A stretch of DNA of 64,000 nt from contig OY986947.1 of the NCBI GenBank assembly GCA_963920595.1, forward strand, positions 2,108,001 to 2,172,000, in the 5' to 3' direction. Shown piece after piece: positions 10,416 through 20,873 of this stretch. A program made the translations under genes and the position numbers. Each line of letters starts with the position of its first letter. Position 1 is the stretch's first letter. A model generated the notes under the pieces. That model saw nothing but the letters and a program-made list of their open reading frames with translations. It was not told the origin of the DNA and did no database searches. Origin of the DNA: Eimeria praecox (lineage: Eukaryota).

Positions 10416-12219
10416 AGGCCCTGAGAAGCCAGTCTTCGCTTGATTACGCACACCAGCTTAGCGATAAAAAGCGGGAAATCCGTCGAGAGCGCACATAACA
10501 AGCCACTTCAGGAGCCAGACAAAGAAACATGAGCTATCCCTAAAAGCTCGCACCTGGCAAATTCTCCGGCGCACTCAGCCCAAGGCAACTGAAAGGAAAA
10601 CTTTTACGAGAGTTATAAGCCCATTTGACGGCAAATGGGGGTATAAGGAAATGCATACATCACAGGCCCGCCACAAAACAGTATTGAATGTGCAATTTAC
10701 TGCGCCTCCACCGGCGGCGGCCGGCGATCTAGGACTAGCATGCCAATAATATTTCCGGAACTTGCGCAGAGGTCTCTTTGGTTAGTCGAACTATTCAGTC
10801 AAAGACCCAATTCTTGTTTGAATGAGCACGTAACATCTACTAACCTAATTTCGAGCAGCGTTGAATGCTTTCACTTTCTTCTGCGGCTTGCCTGCACACG
10901 CATTCGTTGTGCCGGGTCCCCTTCGGTCTACCGGTTAGGGCTTTACTCGCGCTCGTCCTCTTCCCTATTCACTGTCCTTCTGATATGCCCCAAGTATCAT
11001 ATATATTGTAAAGCATATATTTCAAGGGGCTGAATTCTTTTGGGGTATCTGCGCTGGCACTAGAATCAGCCAGGCTGTAGCGGTAGCATGGCCTGGGAAT
11101 CGCGGTCTGACCAGCTGGTGCACGTGTTCTAAGCTGGGTGAATTCGGCACCAAACTATAGGCCTAGCGAGCGTTTAGCAATTGTATGCTGTGTCATTATA
11201 TGTGAAACCGGGATATGACTCTGCTTGCATGTGGGGCTGCCTTGCAGCAAGGTGCGTTTGCAGAGGGGGGGGGGGGGGGGGATTCTCTATCTCAGATGAG
11301 GACCGTTGCGAGCTGCAATAGGTACAAAGATTTTGAGGGAAAGCTCCTCCAAAGCAGATAGCACCCCCTTACACCTCCAGGCGTCCAGGGCAGAACGGCC
11401 TCAGGACCTGGAGCCGAGGGGCCACTGGCCTTGCAACGAAAGCAATCGATCTTAATCGGGTTCCGTCGTGAGCTGCAGTGGAGTAAAGAATTGACAAGAG
11501 AGTTTGTAAAACAAAGCTGATCCCGTTCCCCCACCCCACAGCCGCCAGGCCTCCCCGACATGGCTGGAAAAGGGCCTGGGCTGGGGGAGACACGGGCAGC
11601 CTTGTCGTGGGTTACAACGCACTTTGCTGCAGCCATTGCTGCAAGGTAGCTCCGCATGCACGCATAGCAAATGCCTCTTTGTGGCATGCGCTACGATTGT
11701 ATACTGCAGTGTAGAGTGTTTTCGAACACTTACTTGGTTTTCCGTAGTCAGCTTGCGAGTAGGTAGGGATGCGACTACCAGCATCATCCAGACCATCTTA
11801 CAGGCCTGCCTCTCATGGCCTGCAACCTACCTTGATCCACTGCCTGCTGCAAGCCAGCCCCCGAGTATGCGCAACCAATCTCCCTCTTGCTGAGTGCCCC
11901 AACACTGACAGTGTAGGCTACACAGTAATATGGTGCTGAACGTTGTTAAACACTTGCCTAGCCCAACATAGGCGTCCTGCGAGCCAGTTGACATACGAGT
12001 ACCAACATTAAGCAGAATGTGTTGCAAATACGCGTTTCGTGTGGCAAATATATCATCAAATGCCTTGGGCGCCGAGTGAATTTTCGACAGCATTTTCAGG
12101 CAGCCCAAGGAGACTCACATAAATCTAAACAAATGTAGAGCAATACGTGCTGGCGTTGTTAAATTCGAGGGGTATTTTCATAGCACAGTGGTTGAAGTGT
12201 TAGGGAATATTTTAGATAC

Positions 12220-12291
12220 AGCACCGTAGCTCAGTGGGAGAGTGGGGGGCTCATAACCCCCAGGTCCATGGATCGAAACCATGCGGTGCTA
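12220..12291 (+). tRNA. tRNA-iMet: Initiator tRNA-Met (CAT), copy 3
   Basis: Identical 72-nt sequence to copy 1. Confidence 0.96.
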
Positions 12292-13503
12292 TTAGAACTT
12301 CTGACTATTACCCAAATTGCCCTACTTTCATTAGCGCCCTGCGTTGTATTTCCAAACCAAGCTTTGCCACAGCAAAAAACACTTTATCGCCACTACATCT
12401 GAGCTGTTCAATGAGCTTATGGGAACTAAACCTCTCGTTAGGCTCCAAGTGACAGCCCCTTTCAAATCACAAAGCAGCTATCTGTAGCCATCATCATCTT
12501 TGCCGGACCTCTTAGAATCCAGTGGAAAAGTAGCTTCTTAAAACTTACAACTACAGAAGGCTTGTTACAGCCTACTGTTGAAAAGGCTAGGTAAGTGTTG
12601 GCTGCTTGGCGTCGAAGGCACGATGGAAGACGGAAATGCCTTAGAATGTTTCTCATAATGCAGGCCGCCTTCAGTCAGGCATGCCGATGTGCACACAAAG
12701 CCAAAGTCTAGCAAGGGTGTGCACGCAGCCAATATTTATTTTTAAGAAAACTGAAATCCGCAATTGCTTACTGATATGTGCACTCATCGGCGCGTAGAAG
12801 TGTAAAGGAAGCACGCACTGCATCTGTGCACGCATATGTATTTGTGGGAAGTCAAATGCATACTCATACTCCACAGAAAAGCAACGATTATGCAGGGAAA
12901 AAAAAGTCACAAGAACATATAAGCAGTGCAAGGGTTCACGTGCAGCTGGCTCGTGATCAAAGTCTGGGTTCACACCAAGCCGCATACACAAAGAGGCCTG
13001 CAAGCATGCTTAAATGGCACAGCGAATAACAATGACGTTTTCAGCTTGTCCTTGGACTACCTTGAAACTTCTTCCTCCGATTGTTGGAGCGCCCTCTACT
13101 ACATGCACCGCAGGACGAGCTCACGCAGATGCACTCATAAAAAGGAATTTGAAAGTGACGGGAACATATTGCTGTTTACAGACAACTGGCAGGCCTGTCT
13201 TCCCCAAGAAATAGGCAGTCAGCTCAAGTTCTATTAGGAACAAGCGCGGAGGTGACAAAGACTTGGTCAAGAAGTAAGGAGGAGACCCGATACATGCATT
13301 CATCCAACTCATTTTAAGGTATGTAGAGCGCAGCGCCGCCACTGAAAAAGTGCCCACTTTTCCCAGGGTGGCCTGAGCAGCATAGATACCTCAAAAGAGC
13401 CATGCGCGCTGCACCTGCAAGGCAGACGAACCTGAAGCCAAACAAGCCTAGCTGGAACATCTTTCAAGTAAAACATATGGATACGTAAATAGCATGCTCC
13501 CCT

Positions 13504-14866
13504 TCAGCCACTGTCAGAGTCACTGTCAAGCCAGGGTGACTCTTCAAGAACGTCTTGATGCTGCTCCTGCATTTGCACTCCTAGAAGGCTAGACTCTGCC
13601 GATCGCGGCCCGGACGGGCCCTGCATGCTATCATTGCTTCCACCCACTCCTTGCTCCACTGAATGGAGGTCGGCGGGCCTCCTCGATGGCGCTGAGTAGC
13701 TGGGAAAACCCATCGGCTGAACTGTCTGCCCCTTCACTAGCGAAGACAAAGTAGAACCAGAAGAAGCAGCAAGGGTAGATGTTGGCTGGGGACGGTCGAT
13801 CTTGTGGCTTTCTGCAGGTGGCGACTGTGATCCCGAGGAATAAAGCAGCGCAGCAGCTTCTGCGGCAATTGACTGTGGATTAGTGAAGGGAAACGAAGAT
13901 GAAGGAGAGGAGTATTGAGATATAGGCGTCCACACTTGGCCAACCTGATTTGGGGGGGCCTGATGTGAACTGGCTCCCTCTACGGTGCCAGCCATATATG
14001 CTGGCCTTCCGAAAGCTTGATGTGGGCCCGGAAGGAGAGGCGAATACGGGGACCAGGTGCTAGACCATGGCCACGTTGGTGCTTCCTTGGGCACGCCAAA
14101 GCGCATTTCAGTTTGCCTTCTCGGGCCTGATGCCTCCAATGTTTCTTTTTCTTCTTCGGCTGGCACAGTTGGCTGTGGTCTCGCGTCTAAAGAAGAAGTG
14201 GATGCAAGGCCAGAAGAGGAGCGACCGCTCCAGGGTGGAGTAGGGCCTGTGGGGCCTAGTGTTTGCTTGGAGCCAGCTGTTTCTAGTTTAGGGAATGGCG
14301 GACGAGGAGGGTAGGTGATAGAAGGAGCTTGGCGGGACGTTGCATGAGATGCCTGCAAGGGTTTTGCTTTATGTGAAGGGTAGAAGTCTCCTAGCATTTA
14401 CCGAGACGTTTCAGTTTTCTATGTGTCTAGTTTTGCTGTTTTTTCTATCCCCTGCGCGTTTGTTCTAGCACTGGGGAAAGCAGGTAGGCGCTGTTACAGC
14501 TTGTATGCTGAATATATCCACGGCATCAGGGCCTAGGGAGAGGCTGTCTCCAGAGCTTGTTTGGGAGCCACTGACGGCTCAAGTAGCAGTGCGCTGCAGG
14601 GCTGCTCATGACGGAGGCTTGATGATAACAACGGAGTAGCGAATATGGCACAGCAAGCGCAGCCACGAGCAGCAGTGCTGCCACCTGCAAATTCGTGTCT
14701 AACTGCCAAAATGATCGCTTGACTGTGGTGTGAACAGGAGGCGCACTTAGTCACAGCTCTTCATTCCTCCAGGTTTTGCTTTCTACTGATCCAAGGCGAC
14801 GTCCATGCTACCACGGGGTGCAGCTGCACAAGGAGCCGGATGGGACATCTCCGTTTGCCCTCGCAT
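13504..14866 (-). pseudogene. Family member 3: chimeric pseudogene with internal deletion
   Basis: 13504-14414 is near-identical to the 3' part of member 2 but has TAA just before the ATG at 14397. About 14600-14866 is a frameshifted, stop-containing N-terminal relic (MRGQTEMSHPAPCAAAP...KRSFWQLDTNLQVAALLLVAALAVPYSLLRCY). RSLAE and the helical core are absent. Confidence 0.8.
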
Positions 14867-15915
14867 TGTCCGTGATCAGGGAGTATTTCTCTCAGTTGGT
14901 GCACAGTTTTAGAGACAACCAAGCTGAAAACCTGTCAAGAGCGTGCAGGGATGCTAGCACACAAGACAGGAACGAGGCACATGAATGCCCCTCACAGTCT
15001 CACAGCTAGCAAATTCCCCCGCACACCCAGTCCCAGGCCGCTGAGCAGCTGTTCTAAAGAAGAGCTTTTAAGAGGATTATACACCTATTTAACGGGAAAA
15101 TGGGCTTGTGGAAATGCATGTGGCTGTTTCTTCCACGGAACAGTTTGAGTATGCAGTTCATAAATTGCATCTCCATTGGCGGCCGCCAAATGCTTAAGGC
15201 GAAGCCTTGGTCATTTTCCACAACCAGTGCAGATATATGTTCATTTAGGCGAAATTGCCCACCAAGCCCCCAATTCTCGTTTAAATGGACACCTAAAATC
15301 GATTCGCCCAATTTCTAGGCAACGACCAAAGCTTTCTCTTTCTTGTAGGATACGCAACAAGCAATCAGCCTTACAATTCCCTTCAGACAGCACGATAGGG
15401 TTTAATTGTCACGTATAGTCTGTCCACGTCATTGTGCTTCTGAATCGTTTCAAGCAAAATATTTACTTTGAGAAGTATATTTCGGGCGCCTGATTTATCT
15501 CGCTCACCCTTTCAAAAAGGGCACGCTTCAGCTGCTGCGTGACATGGGAGGCATGGCATAGATTGCATGGCACGGCGTTACGTTGCATGGCCTTCCTGGC
15601 TAGTACATGAATCACAATTCACGCTCCTCCGGTGTGCTACTGAGGGCCAAGTAAGCGCTTAACAATCTTATTCAGCGTTGGCACATGCGAAACACTGATT
15701 TGGCTGTGCTTGCATGTGGGGATGCTACGCATTAGGGGGTGCAGCAAGGAGTGTATGCAACTCAGGACTGTCCACCTCCTCTCCGCATCAGCGGCAAATC
15801 GTTTTGCCGTTGTACCCAAGCCGCCTGGTGACTGGATGGTAGGTCTGTTGCTGCTCTTTTGGAAGTGAATGCCCCAGGTATTTCTACTGTAGTGCAACTC
15901 ACGACGATTCTCGAC

Positions 15916-15975
15916 GAATGTGTAGGGCTTCCCTCACACGCGTTGGAATGTGTAGGGCTTCCCTCACACGCGTTG
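15916..15975. repeat. Perfect 30-bp tandem duplication
   Basis: GAATGTGTAGGGCTTCCCTCACACGCGTTG x2. Confidence 0.9.
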
Positions 15976-16711
15976 TCAGGCTCTACAGTATTTCGCCTGT
16001 TGCAAGACAGCCCCGGATGCAAGCATTGCCAAGCCTCCTTTTGGTGCATGCACGACCACAGTCGTTAAGCACTTGCTTAGCCCTCGGTAGCCAGCCAGCA
16101 CGCCAGGAGACATTTACCAGATCCAGACTGTCCATGCTACAGAACCTTCTTTGTCGTTGGGTCGAACGCATTCCCGTCACGCGCAACCGCGAAAGTACAG
16201 TTGTGCTTGAAGTGGTTTTTCGACACCTCCAAAACTTAGCGGGATATAGCTCCGAGCGTCCCCCTCCTCATCCGATGGCATCCGTGTGGAAATATAAATT
16301 CCATGGCAGGGGTAGGCCCGAAGAGTTCGCTTTAATAAAATCCAGAGAGAATCAAGGTCTCCGACACGCTTACCGGAGGAGTATTGCTCCACTAATAGTT
16401 TCACTCTCTGGAGACCTCTAAATCGCCGCTAGAATTGTGGATATGGGAAGAAGAACACGCATTTTAGTTGGTCCCCACGGTCAATTAATACGGCCTAATA
16501 TACGCACTTTCAACAGTTTAAAGCTACAAGTTCTGGGGCTTGAAAAGGCGTGAGTCGCGCAAGCCTCAGCACGTCAAGGGGCTTGTGCGCCAACAGGTGG
16601 ATTATTTAAGAGCGGCCCACAAAGCCAAGCATAATTCAACACAAGCGCGACACAAAAGGTATTGGCTTTTTCAGGGGAAAGTGAGAGAACACGATATTAT
16701 AGTGCATCCCC

Positions 16712-16783
16712 AGCACCGTAGCTCAGTGGGAGAGTGGGGGGCTCATAACCCCCAGGTCCATGGATCGAAACCATGCGGTGCTA
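16712..16783 (+). tRNA. tRNA-iMet: Initiator tRNA-Met (CAT), copy 4
   Basis: Identical 72-nt sequence to copy 1 although the flanks are clearly diverged. Confidence 0.96.
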
Positions 16784-18086
16784 CTGAAACTTCTGCCTTT
16801 CGCCAAGTTTCCGTACTTTCATTAGCGCCCGGCGTTATATTTCCAAACAACACTTTGCCACAGCAAAAACCAGTTTATTGCCACTACATCTGAGCTGTTC
16901 AATGACCTGATGGGCACTAAGCCTCATCCTACTCGTGCAAGGACCAGCCTTGGCAAATCGCTCACAAACCAGTTTATCTGCATGCCATCAGCCTTGGCGG
17001 CGGACCTCTTAGAAGTCAGTGGAAAAGCAGGTACATAAAGCTACCAAAGACCTGCTACAGCCTGCTGCCTAAACGGCTAGGTACGTGTTCGCTGTTTGGC
17101 ACCCAGGGCAAGATAAAGCGGCGAAATGCCTTACAAACTTCCATACGTGCCGGCATACACACAAGGCTAAATTCTGGCAGTGGGATGCGTTCACAAAGTT
17201 CTTAAAAGAAGAATTGATGTCAATCAATTCTTTTTTTCCCCCAGGAAACTGAAATCCGCAATTGCTCAGTGATATGTGCACTCATCGGCGCTTAGAAGTT
17301 TGAAGTACGCACTACATCTGTGCACACATATGCACTTGCGTGAGGCCACACAAGGAGTATACACAGAAAAGCCACGCCTATGCAGATCACACGAAATTTA
17401 GGCCATGCAACGACGCACGCGCAGCGAATTCGAGATGCAAGTCTGGGTTCACACTAACCCATACACACACGAGCCTGCAAGCTTGCGTAATGAATTGGTG
17501 AATCACACTGGCTTCTTCAGGCTGTATATGCAGTAAATCGCAGCTTATTCCTGCGGTCTGAGCTTTCTGTAGTGCATTCAGTGCAAGACGTGCTGACGCA
17601 GACGCGCCGGCTAAATAGAGCTCGGGAATTACGAGGAAGTGATTTAGTTTTCACGCAAAATGAAGTCCTGTGTTCTCCCCTGGAATTTGTAGTCAGTTAA
17701 ACCTGCATCCAGAAAGAGGGGTGGTGATGGCAAACTGTTGGTCCGAGAACCACGACAAGCGGATGCATGCATTCACCAAAAGCGTCTTCAGCCATGCAGA
17801 ACCTAGCCGCACCCCTACAAACTTGCCCGCTTCTACAAGGCTGAATCAAGCTGCGTAAACACCTCGAGAGGGCCCTGTGCAACCCACGCACAAGGTAGAC
17901 GAACCTGGATCGAAACAACTGTATATGCCAAGCCCTTCAAGCAAAACATACGGAGGTATAAGCAGCTCGATCCTCTTCAGCCACTATCGGAGTCGCAGCT
18001 GAGCCAGACTCAAGCGCGTCCTGGTTCAGTCCCTGCCTGAACAGTTCTGAAATTCTAGACAGTGGCGGTGGCAGTTGGGACGAGCC

Positions 18087-20219
18087 CTACCTCCTCTCAG
18101 GCAATCTTTGGCCCTCGGAATGGAGGTATCCGCTCCTCCTCTCTGCCTCTGAAGGGCTGGGCACATCTACTGGCTGAATTGCCAGACCCCTCGTCAGTGA
18201 AGACGAAATGAGTAAGGAAGAAGCAGAAGCAGCAAAGCCAGGGCTTGAATAGTACTGGGCCACGTTTTGGCTTTGTGCAGGTGCCGCTTGTGATCGTAAG
18301 GTGTCTAGCATCTCAGTAGCTGCCGATGCGATTAACTGGGGTGTTGTGAAAAGAACCGACGAAGATGGAAGGGCAAGAGAAGAAAAAAGCCTCCCCTCTT
18401 GCCTAGCCAGATGTTGGGGGGCCTCATGTGAACTTGATCCCTCCAGTGTGTTAGCCATATATATGGTTGCGGAATCTGGATCTGAAGCCACACGCAGAGG
18501 CGAAAACGGTAGGTGGGGAGACCAGGCGCTAGACCATGGCGACCATGGTGCTCCCTCGGCCACGCCAAAGCTCATTTTACCTTCCCTTCTCGAAGCTGAT
18601 GCCTCCAGCACTTTTTCTGCTGCTGGCGCAGCGCCCTTTGGGCTCCCGGCCATAGAAAGGGAGGCTATACGATCAGAAGAGGGGCAACCAGTCCGGCGTA
18701 AATTGGCACCTACGGGGCCCAGGGCTAATTTAGAAAAAGCTGTTCCTAGTTCAGGCACTGACTGACCAGGAGGAATGGTGGAAGGCTGATCTTCGCGGCG
18801 CAGCGACTGAGCCACCTGCGAGCTCTGAGCTTCACACGAAGGACTAAAGCCGCTTGGCATCTGCTGAGTCTGTTCACGGTGAGTTGTGTCGCTACTCTGC
18901 AGGCCCTCTTGTGCCCCCGTTTCTTCCTTTTTCCTTTTGGAGAAACGGTCTCGGCAGCGGAACCGTGGAGGTACATGGAACCTTTTGTGTCTGCCTCCAG
19001 AGCGTGTTTTTGAGGCGTGCAAACCTTTCGTAGCAGTACTCTGCTTGGCTTGGGATTCGTGTTGCTTTGCTGGGAGCATTTCCTTCGCCTGATATGCCTC
19101 TAGCAAATCGCTTCGAGTATGCTGCAGGGGAAACCTAACCCAAGTTCTACCTGAAACCAGGTCGTCCAGCTGCTTTTCGAAGGTGTAGTCGGGTTCTTCG
19201 GGGTGCAGCTGGCCACACAACAGGGACAATAACTTTCCCCGGGAACGCTTTGCTTCGGAGTCTCGCAAATAGTGACTCAAATGCTTACTCCTGAACACCT
19301 GAGTACGCCGGGTGTAGATGATGCGCTTCAATTCCTCGGTTAGCTCGTACGCGGCTTCTTCGGTAATTTGAGTTAATGAATGATGAGACTTCAAGAATGA
19401 TGAAACCGCAGTCTCTATGAATCCTAAAGCCGTTTCCTGAAGCTTCAGAAGCTCTTTCAGCATCTGTAAACGCACTTCATTTGCGAGCGGAGGAATTTCT
19501 GGGTTAGCACCCCACATATGCAGAGCATATTGCATTAGCCTAGAAGCATGCTGTTGCTGAGCCCTTGTGGAGCGTTCCCGACAAACGTGCTTCGCGTCCC
19601 TGGCTGTGTCTACAGCTGTCTGAAGGACCTCCGCCTTTTGCTCTTCAAAGGCGCCACCCAGCAGCGAAGACAGAGCGGCTACTTCTTGAATGCAAAGCCC
19701 CAAGAAAAGATCAACCACCCTCATGGGAAATGGTGGCGGGAGCAACGCAGCAACAGACGAACAATCTTTCGTCACCTGTACCATTCGTTGCATCACCCCT
19801 TCTGCTCGCTGTTGCATATTAAGCTCAAAGGCATCATCACTTGCGCCTGCAGATGCCTGGTTGCCTTCCAAGCCCCCTCCCCAGCACGGCAGTTCAGGTC
19901 CAGCCTCTTCCCCTTCAGCCAGCGATCTCAGAGGTCCTTTCACATGGCTGTTCACAAAGGAGAATTGACGATAACAACGGAGTAGCACATATGCCGCAAC
20001 TGTCGCAGCCACAGAAAGCAAAGTCGTCAGTTTCCCACTCCGGTCTAACCGCCAAAATGACCGCTTGGCCGAGCCTGGAGCTGGAGACGCATTCGCCTGA
20101 TCGCTCCATTCCCCCACTGTTTCATCTACACTGTCCCATGGCAATTCACCAGCGTCCATGCTACCATAGGGTGCAGCTGCACATGGACTCGGCACCCGTA
20201 TTCCCGTTTGACCATGCAT
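18087..20219 (-). CDS. Eimeria-specific family protein, member 4 (710 aa; C-terminus shortened by a premature stop)
   Basis: ATG at 20219 (MHGQTG). Motifs VLLRC, RSLAE, QEVAAL, LLKLQE, YTRRTQVFRS. A relic of the ancestral ending (WLSCDSDSG*) lies at 17977-18086. Confidence 0.85.
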   Translation of the reverse strand: MHGQTGIRVPSPCAAAPYGSMDAGELPWDSVDETVGEWSDQANASPAPGSAKRSFWRLDRSGKLTTLLSVAATVAAYVLLRCYRQFSFVNSHVKGPLRSLAEGEEAGPELPCWGGGLEGNQASAGASDDAFELNMQQRAEGVMQRMVQVTKDCSSVAALLPPPFPMRVVDLFLGLCIQEVAALSSLLGGAFEEQKAEVLQTAVDTARDAKHVCRERSTRAQQQHASRLMQYALHMWGANPEIPPLANEVRLQMLKELLKLQETALGFIETAVSSFLKSHHSLTQITEEAAYELTEELKRIIYTRRTQVFRSKHLSHYLRDSEAKRSRGKLLSLLCGQLHPEEPDYTFEKQLDDLVSGRTWVRFPLQHTRSDLLEAYQAKEMLPAKQHESQAKQSTATKGLHASKTRSGGRHKRFHVPPRFRCRDRFSKRKKEETGAQEGLQSSDTTHREQTQQMPSGFSPSCEAQSSQVAQSLRREDQPSTIPPGQSVPELGTAFSKLALGPVGANLRRTGCPSSDRIASLSMAGSPKGAAPAAEKVLEASASRREGKMSFGVAEGAPWSPWSSAWSPHLPFSPLRVASDPDSATIYMANTLEGSSSHEAPQHLARQEGRLFSSLALPSSSVLFTTPQLIASAATEMLDTLRSQAAPAQSQNVAQYYSSPGFAASASSLLISSSLTRGLAIQPVDVPSPSEAERRSGYLHSEGQRLPERR

Positions 20220-20827
20220 AACCGCTGGGTAGTGAGTCCTTCCGTCAGCTTGTGCGCCGCTTTAGCGACAATAACACCGGAAACTTTTCCCAGAACCCAT
20301 GCATCAAGATATATAGGGCACCAAAACAAGCCATGGGCTTACACAGCTAGCAAAGTCGCCAGCGCCCTCGGCTCAGAGCAACTGAGCAGCAGTTCGAATG
20401 AAAAGCTCCCAAAAGAGCTACACGCACATTTGACTACAAACAAAAGTGTACCCAAAGCCATATGCCAGATTGCGCCACGAAACAGCTCAAAGTGTGAATC
20501 GATCCTCCACAGGCGGCTGCTGGCGGTGTGAGCCTAATGCGTGCCGACGCTTTTTCCATTAAGCAGATGCCGGCTTCTTTAGCCAAAATTGCAAGCACAA
20601 CGCCAAATTCTAGTTTGAAGGAGCAGATATCACCGGATAACACAGTTTTCAGGCAGTAATAAATCATCAGCATCAGCACCTGCTAGAACGTGCACCTTCG
20701 CTGGATCCCCTGTGTAACATCTCCTGTCTGAGGTTAGTATGTGCAACTCTACTCGGGTGCACACTTTCCCTTTTAGTCTTGTATAAATTTTTAACAGCTG
20801 TCTACAGTGTCATTGCATGCCCCAGAC

Positions 20828-20873
20828 CAACGGGGGCTTCCGAGTGTTTGCAACGGGGGCTTCCGAGTGTTTG
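20828..20873. repeat. Perfect 23-bp tandem duplication
   Basis: CAACGGGGGCTTCCGAGTGTTTG x2. Confidence 0.9.

Larger units (their letters stand above)
1727..14414. repeat. Tandem segmental duplication: three near-identical blocks (~1727-3960, ~6830-9093, ~12147-14414), each tRNA + spacer + 3' half of a family gene
   Basis: Base-by-base near identity visible by eye. Blocks 2 and 3 match further left (6482.. versus 11799..). A more diverged fourth unit spans about 16712-20700. Confidence 0.92.

Noticed and set aside
15916..15975. Short direct repeats (also ~336-416, 20828-20873, 50260-50630) as CRISPR-like arrays
   Set aside because: Adjacent tandem copies with no unique spacers, in a eukaryotic context with no cas genes.
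1800..16783. Repeated tRNA as SINE head or LTR-retrotransposon primer-binding site
   Set aside because: Copies are complete, identical tRNA genes without poly-A tails or target-site duplications, and no gag/RT/integrase/chromodomain ORF or LTR pair was seen.
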